Positions 34,501-46,500 of a stretch of DNA of 64,000 nt are shown here, piece by piece. The notes under the pieces are model-generated. The model did no database searches and was not told the DNA's origin. It saw only the letters and a program-made list of their open reading frames with translations. This stretch comes from Negaprion brevirostris (Eukaryota): the NCBI GenBank assembly GCA_030324005.1, contig JARDVH010000099.1:25330800-25394799 (forward strand), read 5' to 3'. The first letter of the stretch is position 1; every line of letters starts with the position of its first letter. Both the position numbers and the translations under genes were made by a program.

Positions 34501-37500
34501 TCTCTTCCAATTTCCCTGTTGTAACTGAAAGTGCTGTATCCTTTGTGGAAGGCTTTCTGTTTCCCAAAAGGAATTTCATTTTGTTTCCCCTCCCATGTTG
34601 TCACTGAATGTTCCACACAGCTTTTGTTTCAAAAGCTACATATTTTGAAATATTAAAATTGTGGAAATTAGGTGATAAGATTCAGAGTTACACTCTTACT
34701 GATTTTACAAATCAACTTTTATTACAGCAGTAGTAAATTTTATCCCACAACAGCTAATTTGATGTGTTTAAGCATAGGTGTCTTTATCGTTGGCAGTGCT
34801 GTGCAGTGTTTGATCCTGAAGAAATTACAAAAGAACGCACTGCGTGTGCGCTCAGCTGGGGTCACTGTGACCTAAAAAGAACGTATAGCCCACAGCACAA
34901 ACCTGAGTGTTCATACACCATGATATTGAAGTTACCTGCTAATCGAACATAGTGCGCACTTGTTAGAATACAAGACATTTACATCAACTAAGTGGAAAAA
35001 CCATGCTTTAGAACATTTTGACTTGATGTGGCAGGTAACAAACTAAAGGATTTATTGATTGGGAAGAACTATCTACATTAAAGGGTTTAACAGCAAAACT
35101 AGATAGGTCTACTCCTAACAACACTCTCACTCCAACTGCAGCCTCCAGACCTGGGGATGCACATCCTTGCTCCTGATAGCCTGGGTTCACAATTTTGCAT
35201 TCCATTTGTTCCATTCGGTCATGTGACTTGCAAAGGATTGGCCATTAATGTGCCATACTACCACACTCCTTTCTCTCCCTAACTCCTGGACGACTAGTGG
35301 TAAAGCAAAGAAAAACAGTTAACCCCTAGTCAGGCAAATGACAATATTGCAGCAAGGAAGAATAGTTTGTAACATCAGCCGATTGGAAACTTCTGGACCC
35401 TTGCGGAATGCAGCAACTCTGTCAAGGGTTCTTCATTAATGAAATGGATACGCTAACTCCCTCAGAAGCCTGGCCTTTGCCACCCCATTCCTCTGCCTCA
35501 GCTACCTAGGACAGAGCTGGTCTTGGCCCGACCACAGTCATTGGAATCTCAGAGGCTAGTAAACACAAACTGGATATGGGGCCCACTTGTTTGTCTCCTG
35601 GACCTGGCTCTACTCTTGCCTGGGACATGTTTCTTTACTCAGCGTCCTGTGCCTCCACATGTGAGACCAGCCCATCTTCTCCACAACTCTCCCTGATACC
35701 CAGGCAGGTCCGCCACCAAAATTTCTTGCCAATATGAGGTTGGCCAAATTAAATGATCTGTCCCTTTTTGAGTGTTATGATATTCTTTGAGAGGCTTACC
35801 TCGCCTCCGTCCTTCCCAACCCATTATCCATTCTGCTGGCGAGACCCTAGTGATGGTAGGACAGCAAAAAATCTTACCAATTGGAATGGCAACAGCCTGT
35901 GAGCCTGCTTCTTCATCAAAGTATTAAATGTCTGCAAAGTTCATTCCATCAACCTTTGGACACTTTAGGAACCTTCAAACGGTTATTGGATAGGCACATG
36001 GAACACACTAGAATAATAGGGAGTGGGATAGCTTGATCTTGGGTTTGGATATAGCTCAGNNNNNNNNNNNNNNNTAGAGTTTGTCAGTTGTGAATGCTAT
36101 TTTATTGTCTGATGCCAACACTTTGGGAATACCATGGTTCACGAATATCTACCTCAGTTTATCAATAGTAGCCATAACTCTGGTGGATATCATAAGCTGG
36201 AATTCCAGCCAATTGAAATGGGCATCTACTAGGATCGATAACATACGTCCCAGAAAAGGCCCAGCAAATTCTACATGATGCTGCAACCACAGATGGCTTG
36301 GCTGCCCCTAAGCATGCATGTTCAGTGGTGGAGATGATATTTACTGGGTCTGATAGCTTTCACATCGCCCAACCATTTGTTCAATTTCTCTGTCAATGCC
36401 GGACTACCANNNNNNNNNNNNNNNNNNNNNNNNNNNNNNNNNNNNNNNNNNNNNNNNNNNNNNNNNNNNNNNNNNNNGTAGCCATTGCTCTGGGGCTAGT
36501 ATGATGACGGGGGCCCCTGACAGTAGCATCTCATCTTTGCTGGTTATCTCATCCCTACTTTGCAAATACAACTTCATTTGCTCTGCCTTGTCATAGTGCC
36601 ATTTTCTTGACTTTTGAAAGCAATGGGTCCCTATCTGTCCACAACGTAATGTGAACTGCTGAGACAGGCAGGATATCAAAAAAATGCAATGGTGATTCAC
36701 CGCTCCAACCACANNNNNNNNNNAAAATGCAGATCCAATGTTGTATCCTGTGGAACAGGTGGCAGCAGTATGGTCTGTGGCAGTGGCAGGTGGCTTAGTG
36801 CATCTGTATTTGATATATGCTAATAGATATACATAGAAGCATACATAGAAAATATAAGCAGAAGTAGGCCATTCAGCCCTTCAAGCCTACTCCACTATTC
36901 GTTATGATCTGAAACAGTCCATGTTCAAATGCACAAGATTTGGACAGTATCCAGGCTTGGGCTGACAAGTGGCAAGTAACATTCGCGCCACATAAATGCC
37001 AGGCAATGACTATCACCAATAAGAGACACTCTAACCAGTGGCCCTTGACATTCAATGATGTTACCATCACTGAATCCCCCACTGTCAACATCCTTGAGGT
37101 TACCATTGACCAGAAACTCAACTGGACTCACCACATAAACAGTGGCTACAAGACTAGATGAGAGGCTAGGAATACTGCAGCTCATAACTCACCTCCTGGT
37201 TCCCCAGAGCCTATCCACCATCTGCAAGGCACAAGTCAGGAGTGTGATGGAATATTCCCCACTTGCTTGGATGGGTGCAGCTCTGTATTGCCACCTTTTT
37301 ACGACTGATCAGATTCGCCCTTGTTGCCAGTGTAGTGACTCAATGTGTCAAGTAGCTAGCTAAAGGATTATCGATTGAGAAGAACTACATATAACGAAGG
37401 ATTTACAGCACAACCATCCAGGTCTTCTACTAACAATGACTGAATTGAATTGCAGCCTCCAACCCAGGGATGCACGCTGTCTGTTCTGATAGGCCCAGGA

Positions 37501-40500
37501 TTGCATGATCATACTCCATTGATTCCAGACTAGCCACATGGCCTGCAAAGTATCGCCCGCTAAAAGGGCCATGCCACCAAAGGCCCACAATCAATGGGCT
37601 GAACAGCGTGGTTGATTAGTTTGGGTCAGGATTGGCAATCGGGGCTGGGATTAGCTGGATATTTTGTTGAAGGGACAGTTGACGACCTCTTTCTCCTCCT
37701 GATCCACAAGGAGTGTTGGAGGAGGCACCTGCCTTGTAAAGCTGGCATTTCCTTCCTACCTACCTCCCCCTCACTGTGGGGTGCAACAATAAATTTAAAA
37801 CTAGGTTTATTACTTGTTCTGCCTCACTGCTCATTTCCTAGATGTGACCTTTACACCTCCTGACGCCTCCCTGCCTTCTGTAACGGGATTATGTTGAACA
37901 GTTGCTGTGTTTACCAACAAACTTTCCTTTGATAACTTGCAAGGCAAAAGCAAATTGATTATTTTAGGGTTTAAGGACACTGCTCTTAATGCAAATTTTC
38001 AGCATGTTCTGAATTGCTTTAATATCAGTTGCTTAATTGTCACAGCTAGAGGCGTAATGTAGTTGTTTAGAAGCTTCAGTTTTAAAAATGCTGATAATGA
38101 ATGTTGGAATTTCAAAACAGATGCTTTAAGGCAAATCCAAATCAGTTATGCCGATGACAACGATGATTCCTTTGACTTTTTGCCTGACCAGGAATACAGG
38201 CAGGTGAGATTATAACTTGTACAACTCTTTCATAATATTTTTATGGATAAAAGATAATCTGCTTTATGGCAGTCTAAATTTATTAATCGTGCTGTTACTG
38301 TACTATAGGTATTCCAGAATTGACCAGTCTGTCAAATATCCACCAGTATTTTTTTACTGCAGCCAGGATTTCAAAGAAATAAATACTTGGATTTATCAGA
38401 AACGTTTCACAATACTTTGTGTTCAATATGTAGCCTATAATTCATAATTACAAAAACAAATGCCATTGTCACAAAAACAAAATTTGAAGAAAGCCAATTC
38501 ATAGAAGGTTTGTTGATCCTTCTCGTCTACTATTGATAATTTATTAGCATTCTGTACACCATGTCATTGAATAATACCTTACACCACCAAATCCCCAGTT
38601 TAGGCCTTCATTTTCTTCAAGGCAGATGTCCTCTTAGCCAATCTTCCAGCTTCTCCCTTCTGTAAACTGGTAACTTTTTCAAAGCACTGCAATTATTGTC
38701 ATTGCGCTGTCCTTCACTTCCATTGCTGCATTTTCTCAACCCACTAATGGATCCTGGTTCCCCAATGAATTGACTTCAAAATTATGTTTCTCCATTTCAA
38801 GTCTTTCCATGGTCTTCCTGCATCTACTTTACTTTCCTTTAGTTTTTTTTCTCTTCCTCTGGCTTCCACTCCGTCATTGGTAGTTCCTTGTTCACTCATT
38901 GCGCTCCTGTCACCTTTAGTTTTCTGCCTGCTCCCTTCAACTGTGATACTTTTCCAGGTTTCCAAAACGTTTAAAGTGATGCACTTCAACTATTTTGTCA
39001 CCCATCCATGACATCGGAACCTTTCCCATTCCCTTTTGTCCTGTATGCACTATCCACTATTTTCACTGCATTAAAGTAAATTAACTTAAGAAATTATCTT
39101 CTGTGTGAGTAGTTCTGTAGAAATGCAATCTGTTGTTGTGAAAGGTATTTCATGAAGTGATCAGATGGGTTGAGTTCCATTTAAAATTTAACAATTTGCC
39201 TCTGAACTGAACAACAGTTATTTTCTTAGGCAGTACCAATGTGGCCTCGAAATCCATCTATAAGTCAGCCCTATAGAATAGTGCTTATGTTTTCAGAATC
39301 ATGGAAAGATACAGCTCAGGAGGAGGCAGCTCTTTTTGGGCTTATTCAAATCATTTCACCTCCCTGCTCATTCCCCATAGCCCTGAAAATATGTTTCCTT
39401 CAGTTGTTTATCTGATTTCCTTTTCAAAGTTGATTGAATCTCCTTCCGTCATCCTTTTAGGACACGCATCACGGATCACATCAATTCGCTGCATAATAAT
39501 TTTTACAAATGTTCATGTTACTTGTTTCTTTTGCCAATCGCCTTTAAAATTTGTATCCTGTGGTTTCTGTCACAGAAGACACATTCTCCTTATTTACCAT
39601 TCACAATTGTCATTTACTGAAATGAAACTACCCTCCTTACTTGGTCTGGCCTCCATGTGACTCCAGACCCACAACAATGTGGGTTGACCTTAACTACCCT
39701 CTGTTCTGGTATGATTCTAGTAAATCTCTTCTGCATCCTCTCTAAGGTTTTGACATCCTTCCTAAAGTGTGGTGCCAAGAATACTCCACCTGAGATTTAA
39801 TCAGTGTTTTATAAAAGTTTACAACAATCTCCTTTTATTTTTATACCTTTGTGCCTCTGTTTATAATGCCAAGAATGCTATATGCCATTTTAAGCTGTCT
39901 TCTCAACCTATCCTGCTATCTTCAAAGATTTGTTTGCTAGACCTCCCCAGGTTTCCTGCTGCATCTTTAGAATTATTTTATGTATGTTGCCTCTCTGTGT
40001 TCTTCTGACCAAAATGTGTCACTTCACACTTTTCTACATTAAATTTGATCTGCCATTAGCCTAATCAGTTTACCAGTATATCCGTCTGAAGTCTGTTACT
40101 ATCCTCCTCACTATTGAGTCATTTGCAAACCTTAAACTGAAGTGCTAATCCCCAAGTCCAGCTCATTAACAGTATAAATCAAAAAGAGCAGTGGTCCCAA
40201 TACTGGTGCATGGGACACACCGTTACATATTTCCCTCTAGTCTGAAAAGCCATTGTTCACTGCTGCTCTGTGCTTTCTTTCTCTCAGCCAATTTAATATC
40301 CAAGCTTCAACTGTCACTTCAGTGTGAACTGGAATTTTGCTGACAAGTTCTTTGTGATACTTCGTCAACGGGATTTTTGAAGTCCATGTACATATTATCA
40401 ACCTTCCCTTTTCATCAGCATATTTTGCCTTTATCAAATCTATGCTNNNNNNNNNNNNNNNNNNNNNNNNNNNNNNNNNNNNNNNNNAAGAGGCCATTTG

Positions 40501-43500
40501 GCCCATCAAGTCTGCACTGACCACAATCCCACCCAGGCCATACCCCCATATCCCTACATATTTTATCCGCTAATCCCTCTAACTTACTCCTCTCAGGACA
40601 CTAAGGAGCAATTTTTAGCATGGCCAATCAACCTAACCCGCACATCTTTGGATTATGGGAGGAAACCGGAGCACCCGGAGAAAACCTATGCAGACACAAA
40701 GAGAATGTGCAAACTCCACACAGACAGTGACCCAGCCCAGGAATCGAACCCAAGTCCCTAGAGCTATGAAGCAGCAGTGCTAACCACTGTGCTACTATGC
40801 CACCCATACATTTATTAGCCCACACATTTCCAAATACCAACTACTTTTATCCCAATTATTGCCTCTGGGGAGGATTAAGTTGTTGACTTTTCTATTTCTG
40901 GGGACTCCCCAACTTTTAGTACATCCTGGCTACCCAATATTGCTGCGCTTGTCCTTTGCTGCTACATTGGCAGCACCTTCATTTTTATGGTGCAAAATTG
41001 TAATTTGGTGCTTGCCCTTACCCTCTACCTCCACTGGTATAACTCCTTTTTTGGCCCACCTTATCTTTAGCTGCACTTATGTGCAAACACTAAATTCTAA
41101 GTATCTTGGGTTCCCTTTTTATGCTAGAATTTGAAATATCAAATTTAAAATTTTCTGAGTACTTAGTAAAGGGATATACAGTGGAATTGGTGATTTGTGA
41201 ACTCCTTAATGCGACTTACATATGTTGTACATTTCACTCATTCTGCTGGTCAGGATCATCTATTCCTGATAGTGATTGTAGAATTTCTGTTGTTAAGGAG
41301 GACAGCAACGAAGCCGGGAGCATGGCAGAGGACAACTCTTCAGAAAGTGTGCCGTGGGGTCAGCAGCCTTCAAAACAGTGAGTACATGAGCATTGTGAAG
41401 TAGGATAGGTCTGTATCTGAGTTTGCTTACTGTCATGTCTTTTACCGTTGTACAATTTCTGAAAATTGTCACAAATGTCGATAATTTTTCTCCTCATCTG
41501 GTTTTGGGTTCTGAGGCTTCTAAATAAGATGCAAGAAATATTCAGCACTTGAGTTTGATATTCATCGTTTGATCATCCTGCACATGGATTCAGCTGAGTT
41601 TGCTATCCAGACAAGGAGTCGTTGCACAAATGTTAGTATCTCTGACTGTCGTCTTGGAGTAGCCATGTTATCTTCTCTATCTTATGTGTCACGTAAGACG
41701 CCAGCCCAGAAATTATNNNNNNNNNNNNNNNNNNNNNNNNNNNNNNNNNNNNNNNNNNNNNNNNNNNNNNNNNNNNNNNNNNNNNNNNNNNNNNNNNNNN
41801 NNNNNNNNNNNNNNNNGTGATTCCTATTTTACATTTAAATGATATAGTTTCACAATGTAATTTACATAGTTAATGCACAAGAAAACAATACGAATGACCT
41901 ACATATCTGGCCAGTCCTTGCAGAGGTTTTATCAGCGCTTCTGCGATCCACAGTCTCTTGAAATTAAAATAATTTATCTTGTATAGTATTGTGATCACCA
42001 GGATACGAAGTATATAGATCATCAGATTGTTGAAACATGCCACTAATTAAACTATGTGGGACATGGTTGTAATTCTTCGCAATGACAATTCTCGTCACCA
42101 CGAAGGCTTCATAGATGAAGATTTGAGGTGCACTCTCCTAGTCTAGTTTGAAAATGGTTCAGAAGTGCCCAACTCCAATATGACCGGTTGAACCTATTTG
42201 ATTGTTCTATGGGTTTTTATGGGAAAATGTGTAATTGTGTCTTGACACAACAGGGTTACAGAGGAAGTGTCCAAGGAATCTTAATAAATTGATCATATTA
42301 GATGTCTTGAAGATGAGTGGTGGACAGAACAAATTGGAACAAGTCATTGCCATGATTTTGCCTTCACCTGTTCACTAATTTTGCCACTGAAACTGAATGG
42401 GACAGATGTGAAGGGGATAGGCTGAAAAGGGCATATAACTACAGGAGGGCTGTGCAGAATGCACCACCAAAAACCAGATAGTGTGAAGTGGAACTGTCTG
42501 CTCATGAAGCAGAGTTGGTAGCTTTGCCAATTAGGATATTTCATATTTTGACTTTCTCAGCAGTTAATAATGAGCTACCAACCAACCTCCCGCTGAGTGT
42601 TTATTCTAAGATGCTGGAGTGATTGCCAGTGTATATTTTGGTAGTAAATGTTGAGCTGGTCCTCCACTCTGTATCTCTGTATAGTACTCTCCACTCTGTA
42701 TAGTACTGATGCTATGCTAAGTCCAGGCTAAGTTGATAACTGCCATGGTTACACCTGTGTACAAGTGTTTGCCATAATTACATTAATTGAAAATGCCTTT
42801 CAGAAAAAAAAAGTTGAGTTATCTTCATCTATCTAACAGGAAAAGATGCTGTGTTTTATTAGTCTTCTGGCAAAAATATCGAAGATCCTGCCGTATTGGG
42901 TCATCTTTTGCTTGAATTACTACTGTAGGGTCAACATAAGAACATAAGAAATAGGAGCAGGAGTAGGCCATCCAGCCCTTTGAGCCTGCCCNNNNNNNNN
43001 NNNNNNNNNNNNNNNNNNNNNNNNNNNNNNNNNNNNNNNNNNNNNNNNNNNNNNNNNNNNNNNNNNNNNNNNNNNNNNNNNNNNNNNNNNNCATTCTTCT
43101 AAACTCTAATGAGTACAAGCCTAGTTTATTCAGCCTCTCCTCATAGCTCAACCCCCTCAACTCCGGTAACATTCCGGAGTAAACCTGGCCTACTGCACTA
43201 GGTTGTGGAGATACCAAATCAATTACCTTTCTCATGGATCAATTCAAGCACTGTTCCATTTTAAACTGTGCATAGATAACCTACCTGACCAGATTGTGGA
43301 AATTCATGCATATTAAAGCCATGGCTATTCAAACCAGTGATTTTTTTAATCCTTGAAACCATATTCCATGATATGAAAGCTGTGCCTGGAAATGACATCT
43401 TCAGCCATGAATACTCTGTCCTTGTATTTCACTTGCATGTGATAGCACCCATTGGGAACTTATGACTATCATAAATGGTCATCTTCTGAAACATAATACT

Positions 43501-46500
43501 CACCCTGCCTACTTGTGCATAACTCTAGATTTGTTGCAAAGTATAAATACCATCTACTTGAAAGCACCTGACTTCGTCTTGAATTGAAAGGATGTCATGC
43601 CTTGTTCAGAGTTACAGGAAATTCAACAGACAAAAGCTCGCTAAGCTCTTTTGAGGCAGAGAAACCTTCAGAAATTCGATCATAGTTAAGGAATCAGAAA
43701 GCTCTTTAGTTTATTTTCTTGATTCCTTTCTGAAGGAGAAAGCAATTTAACTCATGTAGAACAGCTAACAAAATTGCTAATCAGCAATGTGCTTATAGTG
43801 TTTGCTTTCAGCAATTTTAACATGACAGTAGCTCAGATGATGGTTATATGTCATTTGTGGACTCTTAATGAGAACTGGTTATTGAAAGATGAGTGAACTG
43901 TTTGGTTGAACTGAAAAAAGGCTATGAAGGATGTAGTGGCTTACATAAAGGGGTCTAAGCTTAGAGATTTATCGAGGTTATCCTAGCAAGGGAATCAATA
44001 ATGGCATGAAATACGTCTTTACATAGCGCTTGTAACGTAGAAAAGCTCCCCAAGACCCTTCACAGGAATGCTATCAAACAAGATGTCACACTGAACCACA
44101 ACCTAGAGATGACTTGGCTGATGGCCAAATGGCATCAAAGGGATAGGTTTTGAGGAATGTTTTAAAGGAGGTAAGAGGGGCGTAGGGAAAGGAATTCCAG
44201 AGCTGAAAAAATGATCAACAATGGAGTAATTAAAATTGGGAATGCTCAAGAGGCCAGAATTAGAGGGGCCTGGGTATCTTAGCGCATTGGAAGGCTGAAA
44301 GAGATTACAGAGACAAGGACAAGAACGAGACCCATGGAGGAAGTTTAAAACCTATGAGAATTTTAAGATCTCTTTGTTTAAAGAGGAGTCAGTTTAGGTT
44401 AGCAAGCACAAGGTTGCTTGCTGCTAATAGGAGATGAATAGCAAAGTTTTGGGTGACCAAGTTTACGGAACGTACAATGTGGGAGGACAGCCAGGAGTGC
44501 TTTGGAATAGCCAACTCTAGAAATATCAAAAGCATAGATGAGAATTTCAGCATGTAGGTATTACGGTGTGAGAGCAGTATAGGATAATGTTAGGGAAGTG
44601 GAGATGGGTGATCTTTATGTTGACATAAATGTGTAATCAGGAGCTCAACTTGGTCAAGTATAACACCAAGATGCAAACAATCCAGATCACCCTCATACGT
44701 TTTCCAGAAATGAACGTGGAGTCAGTGGTTAGGGGACAGAGAGTGTGATAATCACTGACACTGATGGCTTTGTTCTTCCTAATATTTAATTGAAGGGAAT
44801 TTCTGCTGCTTCGTTACTAGATGCCAGATAAGCAATTTGGACATAGTAGAGGGCTTGAGAGGGTCAGTGGATGTCATCAGCGTGCATGAAGAAACTGAGG
44901 ATTTGTTTTCAACTCACTTCACTGATTGGCAGCCTTTGGATGATAAATAGGAGGAAGGCCCAGGATAGATGCCTAGGGGACATCAGAGGTAATAGTGCAG
45001 GAGTGGAAAGGAAGACATTGTCAATTAATCTCTTACCATGATTGAATAGATAAGGATGAAGTCCAGTTGAGCGCTGCCCCACTTGGCTGGATGGCAATGA
45101 AGTTGCTTTTGAAGAGGATCCTGTTGTCTACCATGTTGAAAGTGCAGCCAGGTTGTGAAGGACTAGGAAGAATTTGTCACAGTTACTTGGGATGCCACTT
45201 GTGACATTAAGCGTGGGGGTGAGGGGGTACCCAATTATAGGGATTCAAATATGGAGTTTGGGGAAGGCTAGGCACATTTTGCAGACTTTGGGGAGGGAAG
45301 TTGGGGATGGGCCTGTTTGTAAATTGGGAGGGCCCAGGGTTGCCTTTTTGAGGAGGGGTGATGATGACAGATTTTGGGGAGGGGGTGGGGGGAGTTCAGT
45401 ACCTGGAGAGAGAAAATGTTTTTGTGAACTAATGGGAGCCAGGATAGGAGGTTGGGTTGTCAGCAGTTTAATGGGAGTGAGTTGGAATAAGATTGAATAA
45501 AGTCTTCTCATGGACAAGTTTGAGCTCAGAACAGACGTGAATGGAGATGGGTGATAAAGTAGATAAATAAGAAAGAGGTCAGAGATGGGGTAGAAGAGAA
45601 CCTTGGATAAAGTTTAGATCTTTGGGCTAGTGGCAGAAAGGGAAGTGGCACAAATGGCTAATCAGGTGGTTTCCATCTTAGTGATCAAAAAGACCATGAG
45701 CTCCTCGTTTGTTGGTGAGAGTGGAGGAAATGGGAGAGGGGTAGAAGAAAATAGTTTGCAAAAAAGCCAAAGATGNNNNNNNNNNNNNNNNNNNNNNNNN
45801 NNNNNNNNNNNNNNNNNNNNNNNNNNNNNNNNNNNNNNNNNNNNNNNNNNNNNNNNNNNNNNNNNNNNNNNNNNNAAAGATGTGCAGGGAAGGTTGATTT
45901 GGCCAAGCAAAGTTGCCCCTTAGTGTCAGAGGGTCTAGCAGAGTTCATAAGTGGGACTACAGGGATGGGGTTTGTGTGGCACTGTTGTTGGTGCAGGATG
46001 GCCTCCTTCCTCATTGTAGGAATTCTAGATTCTGCGGGAGAAGAGGATGGCATGATGGCTCAGTGGGTAGCACTGCTGCTTCACAGCACCAGGGATCTGG
46101 GCTCAATTCCGGCCTTGGGTGTCTGTGTGTGGCGTTTGCACGTTCTTCCCCTATGTACGTGGCTTTCCTTCGAGTGCTTTGGTTTCTTCCCATAGTCCAA
46201 GTTAAATGGATTGATCATGCTAAGTGGCCCCATAGTGTCCAGGGATGTGTGGGTTAAGTGAATTTACGGTGAAAAATGCATGGGGTTGCCTGGTTGGAGG
46301 AGAGGGTCTGGGTGGGATGCTCTTTCGGAGAGTCAGTGCAGATTTGATGGGCCAAGTGGCCTCTTTCTGCACTTTAGGGATTCGGATTACAAAAGAACCC
46401 AGGGAATACCTTTGCATTCGACGTAACATTGAGAAATTTTGATAATTCAGAGCAGGGCCTGATATTGCCTTGCTAACTCAATTTTTGATAGGACTAAGGC

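Noticed and set aside
34960-35040. Exon-like segment ending CAG|gtaaca
   Set aside because: The open frame would end in phase 0, incompatible with phase-1 exon k, and shows no SENP6 similarity.
41251-41297. Upstream acceptor ggtcag at 41253 for exon l
   Set aside because: Puts the exon out of frame with the conserved EDSNE...KQ peptide.
42662-42707. Short tandem duplication ctccactctgtatagtact
   Set aside because: Ordinary slippage duplication with no sign of function.
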